64,000 nucleotides of DNA from Octopus sinensis (Eukaryota), in NCBI RefSeq assembly GCF_006345805.1, contig NC_042999.1, positions 44,578,001-44,642,000 of the forward strand, read 5' to 3'. The position numbers and the translations under genes are program-made. Shown here piece by piece: positions 12,054 to 25,070 of this stretch (positions within the stretch are counted from its first letter, which is position 1; every line of letters begins with the position of its first letter). The notes beneath the pieces are model-generated. The model saw nothing but the letters and a program-made list of their open reading frames with translations, was not told the DNA's origin and made no database searches.

Positions 12054-13700
12054 AGCCTGCAACAATCCTACGTGAAGGAGAGAGCAGATAAAGAAGCCTG
12101 GGTTATGAAAAATATCAGGTCAAATCCAAAGGCTTTCTTTCATTATACCAAAGAAACAACCTCAGTACACTGCAAAATAGAACCCGTCTTCCAGAAGGAT
12201 GGCTCCCTCACAGATAACCCAACCAAGATTGAGGGACTGAATGATAAGTTCAAAAGTGTCTTTATCACCCCGTGGGAATACAGACAAGTGAATGAACCGG
12301 TGGATTTTTTGACGCCTCATCTATAACTAGCGAGGCAGTTACAATGGATTACATTGACATTGCTAAAGAAGATATACTAGCCATTGATGAGGTGGATGCA
12401 AACACAACTGCTGGCCCTGATGGCTCCCCAGTAATCCTCCTCAAATCGTGTAAACGTGCCCCGGCGAAACCACTACAGATTCTCTTATGGAGTTTTCTTG
12501 CAAATGGCAAGCTGCCAAGCAAACTGAGGGAGGGAATAATATGCCTAACCCATAAAGGAAGAAGCAGAGCAGATGCCAAAAATTACAGTCCTATCTCTCT
12601 GACTTCACACATTAGCAAAGTCATGGAACGAATAGTCACAGGGAAACTAATCGCATTCCTTGAAGAAATTGACTTGCTGAGTGATACTCAGCTCCTACAA
12701 CTATGACTAGGTGTTGAGACAGTTACTCGACAACTCAAATGTGGACGTAATATACCTTGACTTTACAAAAGCTTTTGATAAAGTTGATCATGGTATGATA
12801 TGCCACAAATTGCGTAATCTAGGCATAGATGGAAAACTTGGAGAGTGGTTACATGATTTCCAGGCAGTAGTGGTCAATGAAGCCACCTCAAAGAAAAAAC
12901 AAATAGTGAATGGTGTTCCACGGGGTACTGTCTTGGGATCAGTGCTTTTCATAGTGGCCCTCTCAGATATGCCTTCGGCTGCCCGGATAGCCACTCTTGC
13001 TAGTTACGCAGATGATACGAAAATTTTGCAGAAAATACAAAACCCTAGCGATGTTGCACGCCTGCATCAGGAGTTGGACGCTATATACAGATGGGCTGAG
13101 GACAATGATATGCAGTTTAATGCTGGAAAATTCCAAGCCATGCGCTACCAGCGTCCAAAACGGAACGAAAATCTTACTGGGTACACTAGTCCAGTAACAA
13201 CTACAATCCCAGAATCTAAATCAGTGCGTGACCTGGATATCAACACTTTCCAAGTGCACATTACCAAGATGGCGACAAAGTGCAAACGACTGGCTGACTG
13301 GATCCTGAGAAGCTTCAGAACCAGAGAGAAGGAAAACATGATGGTCCTCTGGAGGACATTCGTCCTCAGCCGCCTTGACTACTGTTCCCAACTATGGTCA
13401 CCCCACAGAGTAAAATTAACAGCAGATCTTGAAGCAATCCAGCGAAGCTTCACGAAGGTCGTCTCCTTGCAACAGGTCAGCTACTGGGAAAAGCTGAAAT
13501 GGCTAAGACTCTACTCCCTGTAGCGAATTCGGGAGAGATATACATCTGGAAGATCCTGGAAAGGATTGTGCCAAATTTTGGCATTGAAAGCTGCGCAAAT
13601 ACCAGAACGGGTCGCCACTACACTGTGCCAAAAATCCCAACAATGCCGTCGCATTTTAGGACCAGTTTCTGCAACAACATGGGTTTCAATGGCGAAGTAA
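12052..13700 (+). mobile_element. 5'-truncated, frameshifted CR1/L2-group LINE (reverse transcriptase)
   Basis: RT motifs GPDG, NYSPISLTSHISKVMER, VDVIYLDFTKAFDKVDH, GVPRGTVLG and YADDTK are split over three ORFs with stops. Confidence 0.85.
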
Positions 13701-14034
13701 TGATTCTCCTCCAATTGTATGAGACTTCCCAGACTTAACAATTAATGCAATGTTGTATGATGTAATCAACCCATCATTCTCTTGTTTACTAGTTTTACAG
13801 AGTAGCATGTTGAATGTTTGTGTTTGCTTTTTGAAAGAGGCGCTCGGTTGCAAAAAGCTTGTGCTTCTTGTCAGAATGCTTTGCATCAAAGTGATACTTC
13901 AAGCGTGGAGGTTTCATTGCTTCGTTGGTCAATGTCTGATGGCAAAGAAGGCACACTGGTAACTGACAGTTCTGAGGAGAGGGAATAAATCCAAACGATA
14001 AATAATCACTACTGTACTGTCAACAAATTTTCTT
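13700..14034 (-). pseudogene. hAT (Charlie/Buster-type) transposase N-terminal remnant
   Basis: The minus strand reads KKIC*QYSSDYLSFGFIPSPQNCQLPVCLLC..NEAMKPPRLKYH..KH and, after a frameshift, NDGLITSYNIALIVKSGKSHTIG. These are typical Buster/ZBED5-family motifs. Confidence 0.7.
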
Positions 14035-15233
14035 GACTGGAGGCATCAGTTAAGTGAAAACGAATTTCTACGGACGGCGTCAGAAAGGTAGTGTGGTATT
14101 CCTAAAAAGAAGTTGATAAAGCAGAGTCAGGCGGCATGTATTTACTGGAACAAATACGGATCTAGTTCGTTTAGCTACCAGCATTTCAAAAATTAAAGTT
14201 TATCGATTTTTTTAAAATTTGGCACATTAATATATCTTTCCAATCTAAATTGCTGGAGTTATTCAACTTTTTCCAGAAAAATGTTTTAAAAAGTTATAAA
14301 GTTTTAAAGTTTTATCATTTTCATCCAGTCAAGAAGTTGTCATTTTGTGCGTGACTGCACGTTTTGTCAACATCCTGAAAATAGCACTTTTCTTTTGATA
14401 TGAGACCGTAGAATTACGCACGACATACAACCCTTCATAACATTTTTTTATTTTCCGGAGTTTTCAGAAAGTTTTTGGGCGATCATTCGTTACTAGTAAC
14501 ATAACTGTCATTTCTAAACCCATGTGGGTTTATTTACATTTCTGAAGAAAAAAAAAGGATACCCTTCCCCCACCCCTAACCCTAACCCCACATATATAAA
14601 AAAAATTACGGAAAGTGACGATCTTCTTCAAATGTAAACAAATACACGTGAGGTAAATGGGACTCATATCGAAAGAATGCCAGTTTTTGTGAAATTGTAT
14701 TCTATATGTGGGATTTCATAGGATTATGCAAAAAAAAAAGAAAGAGTGGTGGAGCGTGATTTAAGGCCTAGGCCTACTTCGCTGTTATTTTTAGCACATA
14801 TGACAACCATCTCAATGACTGTGCGACAAAAATATTCGATCGATTTTTTAATACTCTCATGGGAGTAGTTAAATCGATAAAAGTGCATCCTTATTTTAGG
14901 CATGCTTAGATATAGTTAAATGCAGACTTGATTTCTAAAAATTCTTTGTCACCCACAAAATGTTCACATCGCCCGTCAAAATCTCAAATCATTTACCGTT
15001 TTCTAGAAATTTGCCCAATCGCCCACTTAGGGAAGCTATGATCTACACGCTTCATTTGGTAGTCGGCTACATCATATCGACGTGTGATATGGTATGTCAC
15101 TTCAGCCCGCTACACTGAAGCATCCCGTATACGTATCTATAAAATGAAAGTTGAAATTTTGAAAAAAATTACATGTGTCAGTATCTATGAGTGCTCGCCC
15201 ACCATTTTTTTTTATGCACACATTAAATTCCGG

Positions 15234-15604
15234 GCAATCTTTCGTCTCTAGTAGACCTTTCCGTCGATTTCCGTAAAAATTTTTTTTTTTACATATGGGC
15301 TTGTGGGAACTTTTGAAGTAATGAGAGCGAAAGAGACTAAGAGAAAGCGATTGTATGACGAGGGAAGTTCTTTTGAAGTTACCGTCCAGGGGAAGCATTG
15401 ATGTACATGTGTGTGTGTGTGTGTTTGATGGGGTGTGGGAGACAGAAAGTATGTTGTGTGAAAGAAAGAGATAACTGAAATTTTTTACTCGGTGTATGTG
15501 TATATGTATGTATATCACTTCAAAAGTTCCCGCAAGCCCATATGTAAAAAAAAAATATTTTTTACGGAAATCGACGGAAAGGTCTACTAGAGACGAAAGA
15601 TCGC
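15234..15604. repeat. Inverted repeat pair (~86-bp arms) in an unclassified non-autonomous element
   Basis: 15234-15319 is the reverse complement of 15517-15604, with few mismatches. Confidence 0.8.
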
Positions 15605-16381
15605 CAAATTCCGATATAATTATTATGTACACCACCTGAAAGGTATTTGTAGAACATTTCCTTAAAAAATATCCATTTCTCTGAAAGTTATGAGTTGGTG
15701 TGGGTAGCATACTTATGTTCGTATGAAAGGGTGCTTTCGCTAATCTTGACATTTGTTACGGAGCGTCGACCATAAAAGTTTTATTCCCTTCTTTGTAAAT
15801 TCATACGTAATAATTTGTTATAACTTTGTGCTCTAAATAAATTTAATTGTCAAGACCAAAATGAATAAAGATATACGATATAAAACTAATAATTTTTTTC
15901 GAAGAGAGGGGTTAGGCACCTTGGGTAAGTGGCTTCTACTATAGCTTCAGGCCGAGCAAATCCTAGTGAGTTCGATTCAGCAGACGGAAACTGAAAAAAG
16001 CATGTCGTATATATACATACTGCGATGGTGTGTTTACGGCAAAAGAAACCGACAGAATAAGTGCCAAGCTTAAAAGAATGTATTGGAGTCGATTCGTTCG
16101 ACAAAAGATTCTTCAAGGCAGTGCCCCAGCATGGTTGCAGTCCAAGGTTGAAACAGCTAAAATATAAAAGCTGTAAGATAGGGTTACAATTATGCTCTCC
16201 AACGCTCTTGACTGTTCACCAATACATCAATCTGAAAAAGGAGACATAAAAAAAATCATCAAATTTAGCCTGAACATCCGATACACGTATCTATAAAATG
16301 GAAGTTGAAATTTTGAAAACATTACATGATGTATGTCAGTATCTATGTGTGCGCGCCTACGTATGATTAACCTCTTGAGTG

Positions 16382-16801
16382 TGTAACGTGAAAGGATCTA
16401 TCATCGAAGCACTGGCAGGGTGTCGAGATCCTTTCTAGTCACATACAAAATTTCTTGTAGAAAACAAACAGACGAAACTCAGGTTAAAGGTGAACAGACA
16501 ACTTGGTTTATTGATTCATGGTTGTACGTTGTCTGATGGGGGAATAGACAGCCTCTGATATACTGCTGGTGTTGGTCGTTGAGGTTGGTTGAAGTTGGTT
16601 GAAGTTGGTGTGTGGCTGTCAGAGCCAGGAAAACCGTGACCGATCGCAGTGCTGTCTTGAGCCGAAGAGAGAGATTTGAGGTTCGCGGGCTCGAGAGATG
16701 TTTTCCCCCGCACATGCGCATGGGGAAGACTTCCGGTGGCCACCCGGAAGTAGTCCCATTCTGCGCATGCGCGCCGAACCCTACACTGTAGCATCACTAC
16801 A
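16382..16801 (-). repeat. 3' LTR (420 bp)
   Basis: Direct repeat of 21039-21455 with TG/CA termini. Confidence 0.95.
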
Positions 16802-16815
16802 GGGCTCCCCTCCGA
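16802..16815 (-). promoter_or_regulatory. Polypurine tract
   Basis: Minus-strand GGAGGGGAG(CCC) immediately before the 3' LTR. Confidence 0.8.
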
Positions 16816-16926
16816 GTGCGAAGTACGGCAACCAGAATATTGTGGTGGTGCTGCAGAAAACAGAAGGCTTGCCGATCCCCCAGAAGACTTGGTACATACT
16901 ATTATACAATAAGAAACATTTTAAAG

Positions 16927-19900
16927 TTAAATGTAAATTGTTTTTGAAAGTTTCTTGGGCCAATGCACTGTTCTGCCCGATTTTGTAACATACGGTGTGC
17001 TCGGGGCACCCGTTGACGGCGAGGGTGGTGTTGTAGGAGCCGGTGAAGGTGATGTGCAGGTGAAGGCGTTTGTGCAGGTGAAGGCGTTTGGCAGTGAAGG
17101 TGTAGGTGAAGGCGTTTGTGCAGGTGAAGGCGTTGTTAAAGGTGCATAGGTGGGTGTGTCAAGGTTGTCATCAAAAGATGAAGACGTCTCAAAATGTGCC
17201 TTTTTTAAACGGTCCACGGAAACGGTCTCCGAACGACCATTTATCTCAATCGTGAAAACCTTTGGTGTGCGAGAAAGCACACGAAAAGGTCCTTTATAGG
17301 GAGAAACAAGTGGGCCCTTCACAGAATCGTCCCGAACAAAAACATGCGACCAGGTGTTCATATCCGGTGGAAGATGGGACGGTGGAGATTGCTTTCTGGG
17401 AAGCATGGGCGGAAGGTTTGAAAAATATTCCCGCAGTCTGGTGACATAGGTCGCCGGATCATGGGGCGGGGAAGTGTCTGGCACCAACATCGTACCGGGC
17501 AATGCCAGTGTGGTACCATACAGCAGCTCTGCAGCAGAAAACCCCAGGTCTGCCTTGACAGCAGTCCGACAGCCGAGAAGCACAATGGGCAGAAATTCGA
17601 TCCAGGACTGTGGGTCCGAAGAGGCACGAGAGCGGCCTTGAGCTGTCTATGGAACCGCTCAACCAATCCATTAGACGCTGGATGGTAGCTTGTGGTGTGG
17701 ATATGGTGCATACCCAAAATTCGCGACAATTCGCGAATAGCGAGGCCTCAAACTGTCGTCCACGATCAGTTGTCAATCGGGACGGGACTCCGAAGCGAGA
17801 AATCCAGTTTGAAACGAAAGCTCGCGCAACAGTCTCAGCAGAAATGTCTGCTATCGAATCGGTGGCTGGGCCAGCGGGAGAAACGATCGACACAAGTTAA
17901 TAGATAAGAGAACCCGCGACTCACAGGCCATGGTCCAACCAGATCGATGTGGACATGGCGAAAACGGGCCTCCGTGGGGGGAAATTGTCCAAGCGGGGCA
18001 CGAACGTGCCGTTGAATCTTGGATCGTTGACACTTGGAGCAGGTGCGTGTCCAAGAAGTAATTGTGCGACGCATATTCGGCCAGAAAAACCGAGCAGTGA
18101 TTAGTTTGAGGGTGGCAGCGATGCCAGGATGTGATAAGGAGTGCAGTGCTTCAAACACTGAGCGTTGATGGGTCTCAGGCACCAGTGGCCTGGGAGATCC
18201 AGTTGAAGTGTCACAAAGAATGGTGCCTTCGGCTGACGGAAGCGGAAGGTAGGAAAACTGGCAACAGGAGAACTTGGGAGAAGTTAAATCTAACGACGCC
18301 AAAGGTGGCTGCTCCTGCGATATGGCAGCTAAGTCGATAGCAGCAGGAGACGAAAGGGCGCAAACTGGAAGGCGAGAGAGAGCGTCAGCAGGAACGTTCT
18401 CTTTTCCAGGTATGTGTCGAATGTTGCTAGTAAATTGAGAGATAAAATCCAGGTGCCGAAAAGCACGGGGTGAGAGTTTGTCCGTTTTTGAAAACAGGGC
18501 AAACGTAAGGGGCTTGTGATCCGTATAGATCACAAAATCTCGCCCTTCAAGTTGATGCTGGAAATGACGAACCGATAGATAGATCGCTAGGAGCTCACGA
18601 TCAAAGGTGCTGTATCGTCGTTCAGCTGGTTGCAGTTGACGGGAAAAGAAGGCTAGAGGTCGAACATGGTCATCCACTGTGTGTTGTAACACAGCGCCAA
18701 TGGCAGTGTCCGATGCGTCCACAGTCAAAGAGAGAGAAGCACCAGGAACTGGATGTGCAAGCAAAGAAACAGAAGCCAGCTCCTTCTTAATGGACTCAAA
18801 GGCTGTCACTGCCTCAACAGAGAGGGTGACTTGACTGTCCTTTCTAGGAGAGTCCTTTAACAGCCTGGTGAGAGGTAGCAGCTTATCTGCACAACCGGGA
18901 ATGAAGCGTCGGTAGAAATTGACCATCCCTAGATAATGCCTGAGCTGGCGCAAGGAAGTGGGGGGTGCGATGCGTTGAATGGCATCGACTTTTGACGAGA
19001 GGGGGCTGATTCCAGTCGAATCAATATGATGCCCTAGAAAATCTAGGGAAGAGCGTCCGAAAACACACTTGTCGGGGTTTATGCGTATGCTATACGCGCG
19101 AAGACGCTGGAAGAGTTGAGAAAGGTGCCGGAGATGATTTTCTCGTGTGTCGCTCGCAATGAGTATGTCATCGACATAGGCAAACACAAAATCAAGACCG
19201 CGGACAACCTCATCAATGAAACGCTGGAAGGTGCTAGTAGCATTCCGCAAACCGAAACTCATGTACAAAAACTCAAAACACCCAAACGGGGTAGTGATTG
19301 CAGTTTTTGGAACGTCGGCTGGGTTGACCGGTATTTGGTGGTAAGCGCGTATCAGATCGACCTTCGAAAAAATGGTACAACCATGGAGATTTGCTGTAAA
19401 GTCCCGGAGATTTCTAATCGGATAGCGATCGGCTATTGTGACGGCATTGAGGCGTCGATAGTCTCCAACCGGGCGAAAATCAGACTCGCCCTTTCGCGCC
19501 AAATGAAGGGGAGATGCCCATGGGCTGGTGGAGGGGCGTATAATGCCAAGTTGAAGCATGTGCTCAAACTCGGCTCTGGCCGTTTTAAGTCGGTCTGGCG
19601 CTAGGCGCCGGGGGCGTGAGAATACAGGTGGCCCATTGGTGGTGATGAAATGGAGGGTCGAGTGGGTAGGATTTTCCGGTTTAAAGGCAATGTCCACTAG
19701 CTCCGGAAATGAAACCAAAAGAGAGTGAAATGGTCTCCAGAGGTGGCAACAAAGAATGTCGGGCTAAGGACCGCAGTGGTGGAACTCCCAGTCGGTGTAG
19801 AGAGCGACGTCGTGCTATCAAGAAGCCTCCGACGCCTGACATCCACCAATAGGTTAAACCTATCCAGGAAATCAGCGCCGAGAATAGGATGTGGGATGTC

Positions 19901-20212
19901 AGCGATGACGAAAACCCATCGAAAGTCTCGGCGAAGGTTGAGGTTGAGGCGCAGCGAAATCTGACCGTAAGTGGTTATGGGAGACGAGTCAATAGCATGC
20001 AAGACAATCGAAGAGCGCTTCGGCTTGTCTGCAGCCAGACGAAGGGGCCAGATGCTGCAACAGGAACCGGTGTCTACCATGAAGAATGTCTTCGACACCA
20101 GATCTTTTACATAGAATGCACGATGTTTGGGAAACGAGATGGAAGAAGGTGACGTGCTCACCTCCTCCGGATTTAGTTTTCCGAGGGCTTGAAAGTGCAC
20201 GGCTGGGTACAC
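16927..20212 (-). CDS. pol: Pol polyprotein (protease, RT, RNase H, integrase), interrupted by several frameshifts
   Basis: PR VDTGS; RT YVDD; RNase H DAS/ELLAI/TDH; integrase [34 protein letters not shown] and GPF motif. Spread over ORFs 19697-20212, 17835-19718, 17459-17893, 17358-17729 and 16927-17583. Confidence 0.9.
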
Positions 20213-20655
20213 CGATCTGCCCTTTTGGTAGAGCGACTACGACTGCGTTGTCGGCGCTCGATCGCACGGGATAGATCGTCGATTCGCCGCGTGAGCGCAT
20301 CAATCCGCTCGGCTAGTGAAATTTGCGCAGGGCCCCCTATACATGCACAGAGGCCTCGCGATGGAGATGGATTCGGAAATTCCAGTATTCCATCGGCCAT
20401 CGTGGCAATCTGAATATTGCTCTCCCCCGAACGTGTGTTGCGGCGGAGGATTTCTGCTTTCACAGACGCGTATGTGGCATCCGGGTGGGGACTTATTATT
20501 AGATCCCTGATCGATGCGGCGAGTCGGGGATGTAAGCCGGAATATAGCAGGTGCAACTGCTGCTGTGGAGAAATGGCATGTGCAACAAAATACCACTCCA
20601 CTTGGGCAAACCACAGGCCCATATCCCCCGTAAATGAAGGCAAACCTGAAGCCAT
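20173..20655 (-). CDS. gag: Gag-like ORF, short (160 aa), overlapping pol in the -1 frame
   Basis: LPSF..D..LWFAQVE..F is typical of Mag/CsRn1 Gag. Ends [19 protein letters not shown]. Confidence 0.75.
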   Translation of the reverse strand: MASGLPSFTGDMGLWFAQVEWYFVAHAISPQQQLHLLYSGLHPRLAASIRDLIISPHPDATYASVKAEILRRNTRSGESNIQIATMADGILEFPNPSPSRGLCACIGGPAQISLAERIDALTRRIDDLSRAIERRQRSRSRSTKRADRCTQPCTFKPSEN

Positions 20656-21026
20656 GCCTTTGTCGGAAGGAATCTGTGAGAAGGGGGCAGAAGGTATGGT
20701 CTAGAAGTGGAGAGAGAACACGTGGAACCGAGAAGGCAATTCAAAATTGTGTTTGTGTGTGCACCTCGTGGGTAGCAAAAAAAAGAATAGGTGTGTACAA
20801 GGAAAACAAAATACAGAAAGGAAAAAAAAATGAATGTGTGTGTTTTCTTTTTTCTTTGTTTTTTTTTTTTTTTTTTTGTACTGTGTGCGATGAATAAGGC
20901 TATTTGACCCACCTCGCCGTGCTGAAAAGGAGAAAATAGGAAAATAATGTGAATTTCCGCGCTCTTCGGCCCCCAAAAAAAACCTGTTCGCTGTGTCTTT
21001 TTCTATCCTGTTCTTTTTCTCAACTA

Positions 21027-21036
21027 GGGGTCACCA
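21027..21036 (-). promoter_or_regulatory. Primer binding site complementary to the tRNA-Trp 3' end
   Basis: TGGTGACCCC lies 2 nt after the 5' LTR. Eukaryotic tRNA-Trp ends ...GGGGTCA-CCA. Confidence 0.75.
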
Positions 21037-21038
21037 AT

Positions 21039-21455
21039 TGTAACGTGAAAGGATCTATCATCGAAGCACTGGCAGGGTGTCGAGATCCTTTCTAGTCACA
21101 TACAAAATTTCTTGTAGAAAACAAACAGACGAAACTCAGGTTAAAGGTGAACAGACAACTTGGTTTATTGATTCATGGTGTACGTTGTCTGATGGGGGAA
21201 TAGACAGCCTCTGATATACTGCTGGTGTTGGTCGTTGAGGTTGGTTGAAGTTGGTTGAAGTTGGTGTGTGGCTGTCAGAGCCAGGAAAACCGTGACCGAT
21301 CGCAGTGCTGTCTTGAGCCGAAGAGAGAGATTTGAGGTTCGCGGGCTCGAGAGATGTTTTCCCGCACATGCGCATGGGGAAGACTTCCGGTGGCCACCCG
21401 GAAGTAGTCCCATTCTGCGCATGCGCGCCGAACCCTACACTGTAGCATCACTACA
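21039..21455 (-). repeat. 5' LTR (417 bp)
   Basis: Direct repeat of 16382-16801. Confidence 0.95.
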
Positions 21456-21835
21456 AGTGTACTGATCATGGTTTATCAGACCCAAAGTCTTGGATTCCAT
21501 GATTTCGGATTAAAATTACCACTTACAACGTTTCTTCGACCTCGCAATAAAATGTTCTGCTTGGTAACTTTTGAAGTTGCTGCTTTAGCAATGAGTAGTC
21601 GTCAACTTATTTACAAGAACCGAGGATCTTGCAAAATAACATCCATCAGACACTATATTTTAATTCTTGTCGAAAATTTGATGAATTTTGTTTTCATATC
21701 CGATCCAGGAGGCTATACCCCACCCTACTTCCCACACCCTCGCTCACCCGTCTTTTACTTGTTTCGATCTTTGAACCGTAACCATGCTGGAGGATTAGTC
21801 GATCCCAATTTTTAATTTTTGTAAAGTCTGGTACT

Positions 21836-22767
21836 TACCGTAAATCCTCGAGTATAATCCGCACCCCCCCCCCAATTTTAAAGGTCAAAATCCCTAGTGT
21901 GTACTACATACGAGGTTAAAAATGAAAAATATTTTCTAAGCAATGTCCGAATCTCTATTTGCTGTCCGGCAATGTTTATTCAGACGCATTTTGTGATGTC
22001 GGGCGCGAAAATACCTTAAGCTAAGCCTGAAAGCAATGAAGTCATAAAGTGATTTATGGACTGAATGGATGTCGACTGGAGAAAAGTCGTTCACTAAAGG
22101 TGGAAAGGTTCGCGCTCCCGACCTGACTTTAATATGCAAATGGATCGCGTATGCATGGAATGAACTTGATCCTCAGATTATTGTGAAAAGTTCTATCAAA
22201 TGTTGTATATCGTCTGCATCAAATGTTGTATATCGTCTGCACTGGATTGTACTCAGGATGACGTTGTACGGAAAGATGAAATAAATGAAAGTGAATCTTC
22301 TGATGTTGACTATGAATCTGACGATGGCGGAGATTTACACTACAATGATGCTGACATGTTTACGGAGGAACAAATGGAACAGTTATTTGATGCCGAAAGT
22401 GACGTTGAATTTGAAAGATTTGAATAAATGTTTTTGCTTTTGTTTTTGTAACTGATAGTAATAAATATGTAAAGGCAATTTACTTAATATTTATTTTTCA
22501 CTGACTCTATTACTGTTATTTCTTTATTTTCTGCAAACAAAATGCACAAAAAAGCTACACGTTTGCATTATGTTATATGTACAATAATAATAAAGGACGT
22601 TACCGCATACATTTTTACAAACCAAGGACATTATATAGATCTCTTTGACTCAAGTTAGAGAAGGGGTGCGTATTATACACAAGGTTTAGGTTTTTCAGAG
22701 GTACAGCCCCCTAAAAATCCCCTGCGTATTGTATTCAAGGGCGGGCTATACTTGAGGATTTACGGTA
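21836..22767 (+). mobile_element. pogo/Tigger-like non-autonomous DNA transposon with a transposase C-terminal remnant
   Basis: TIRs (TA)CCGTAAATCCTCGAGTATA / TATACTTGAGGATTTACGG(TA). Remnant WMSTGEKSFTKGGKVRAP...WIAYAWNE...KCCISSALD. A local 23-bp duplication lies at about 22195-22241. Confidence 0.8.
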
Positions 22768-23019
22768 TTTTATTGACCTTTTATGTTAAACCAATAAGTT
22801 ACGGGATGAAAACAAACCAACACCAGTTATCCAGCAGCAGAGTGGGGGAGTGTGAGATAAACAAACGTACGCATGCACACTTACATGCATGCATACGTAC
22901 ATACATACATATATGCATACATATATACGACGGGCTTCTACAAAGTTTTCGTCTACCAATTCACTCACAAGGCATTGGTCAGTCCAAGGATATTGTGGAA
23001 GACGCTTGGGTTAATGTTT

Positions 23020-25070
23020 ACAAGTACAACGATACGAAAAAAAATCGACTTTTTTTTTTATCTTGAAATTTTTTCAGCAGATTCCTATGTTTTCGATGAC
23101 GGAGATTCTGAATATGCCAAAAACCATGTTTTCAAAATTTTCAGTTCCCCCCTCCCCACCCCAAATTTTAAAATTTTAACTTTTTTTCGAATTTTTTTTA
23201 ATATTAATCTACGTGGAAAAATATGGAGATTAAGAATATGGAAAAAAGAAAATAATTAATTTCATATTTTTCATGAGGAAACTCCAAAATTGATTCGTAC
23301 ATCCCTCGCCTCACCATCCTGCTATCTAAAAGGGAAAACGAAAGAAATGCAAATACGAAAGGCTACTAAATGTGAGAGAGCTGTCCTAATGTGGATATAA
23401 GTGAGGGTCCAACCATTCTTCTTGGCAGCAGTTAAGAATATGAAGACTGTGAACGCCCCTTGTCCATCAGGCATTATTTCTTAAGTGTATAAAATATGTG
23501 GCATATTAGGATACGGCCTAATTTTGGGGGTGGGATGGGGAATTTCGGAAAATTCACCGGAGTCCACTTCAATTCGTCTTAACTTTCAAGAAAATGGATA
23601 TTTTTTTAAGGAAATTCTCTACAAATATGGACTTGTTCAGAAACACCCGCGAGTGGGGAACGGTTCTCAAAAATAACCCCCAATTGTTTCCCCACCAAAT
23701 TTCTATGTCCTCGGAATCTACATAGTCCGAGGTATATTTGTAGAGAATTTCATTAAAATAATATCCATTTTCTTGAAAGTTAAGACGAATTGAAGAGGAC
23801 TCCGGTGAATTTTCTGAAATTCCCCATCCTACCCCCCCCCCCAAATTTTGTATATTCGGAATCTACATGATATAACACATATTCGTAGAATATTTCATTA
23901 AAAAATATCCATTTTTCTGAAAGTTATGATCATCCAAAGTTCGGTGGGGGTGGGGTCAGAAATGTATAGTTATGCCCACCAAAATTTCATGAAACGTTTG
24001 ATATTCGATGGGGGGTCTTTTTATGTGGGTCAACGATTCACTCAATTTTTTTTTTTATCCAAATAACAACATCCACACTCAGACTATAGAAGGGCGATGG
24101 ATGTTCATCGAGAAGAAAGATGACATTGTGGAAAATATTTTCACCAGAGATTTCATTATCATAATTTGTGCCATTTGAACGGTATTTCTATAAAATTTTA
24201 TCAATTTATATCCATTTTCCTGAAAGTTATGAGGAAAAATTGGATCTTGTGAAATTTCCGAAAGTTCGTTTGCGCAATTTTTTTTCATATTCGTTTTCTA
24301 TACATTTTTTATATCTAGTAGACTGCCCCCTTTTGTTGTTGTTGTTAACGGGTCTCAAATTGTATATTGACCAACAGTTGCCGTATTTGAGGGTGTATAA
24401 AACGCACCCCTCCCCACCGAAGGAAAAAAACCCCAACAAAACTAACGTCTCAAGAAAAATAAGAAAAATCACCCATATATGAAGTTGGGCCACCCATAAA
24501 AGGAGCACTCCGTCGGTTGCGACGATGAGGGTCCCAGCTGATACGATCAACGGAACAGCTTGCTCGTGATATTAACGTGCAAGTGGCTGAGCACTCCACA
24601 GACACGTGTACCCATAACGTAGTTCTCGAGGAGATTCAGCGTGACACACAGAATGTAACAAGGCTGGCCCTTTGAAATACAGGTACAAGAGAAACAGGAA
24701 GAAAGAGCGAGAGAAAGTTGTGGTGAAAGAGTACAGCAGGGTTCACCACCACCCCCTGCCGGAGCCTCGTGGAGCTTTAGGTGTTTTCGCTCAATAAACA
24801 CTCACAATGCCCGGTCTGGGAATCGAAACCGCGATCCTCCGACCGCGAGTCCGCTGCCCTAACCACTGGGCCATTGGGCCACCCATATGTGAAGTTGGGC
24901 CACCCATAACTTTAATGCACCCAAAACGTTTTTCACCGAATATGTGTTGCTGAAATTGTGGTACGTTTAACACGTCCATATGTTCTTTTATGTCATCAAA
25001 TACTATAGAGTTGAAAAAGTGTGAGACTCCAGCGCTTTGATCAAAGACCACTTTCCCCACCTCCATTATG
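23020..25070. mobile_element. Unclassified modular repeat with internal ~105-bp inverted arms (23521-23628 / 23734-23847)
   Basis: The inverted arms are visible. The module ATATCCATTTTYYTGAAAGTTA recurs at 23761, 23905 and 24208, and also near 15669. Boundaries are approximate. Confidence 0.4.
24499..24879 (-). mobile_element. tRNA-derived SINE with a 29-bp target site duplication
   Basis: Head TGGCCCAGTGGTTAGGGCAGCGG...GGTTTCGATTCCC. TSD CACCCATAT(A/G)TGAAGTTGGGCCACCCATA at 24470-24498 and 24880-24908. Confidence 0.8.

Larger units (their letters stand above)
16382..21455 (-). mobile_element. Ty3/Gypsy LTR retrotransposon (CsRn1-like), both LTRs present, recent insertion
   Basis: LTRs 16382-16801 and 21039-21455 (TG...CA) differ only by 3 nt of indels. 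4-bp TSD AGTG (16378-16381, 21456-21459). tRNA-Trp-type PBS, PPT and gag-PR-RT-RH-IN domain order. Confidence 0.95.

Noticed and set aside
14575-14590. CCCTAACCCTAACCC telomere-like repeat (also near 63607)
   Set aside because: Only about 2.5 units inside other repeats, so not evidence of an interstitial telomere.
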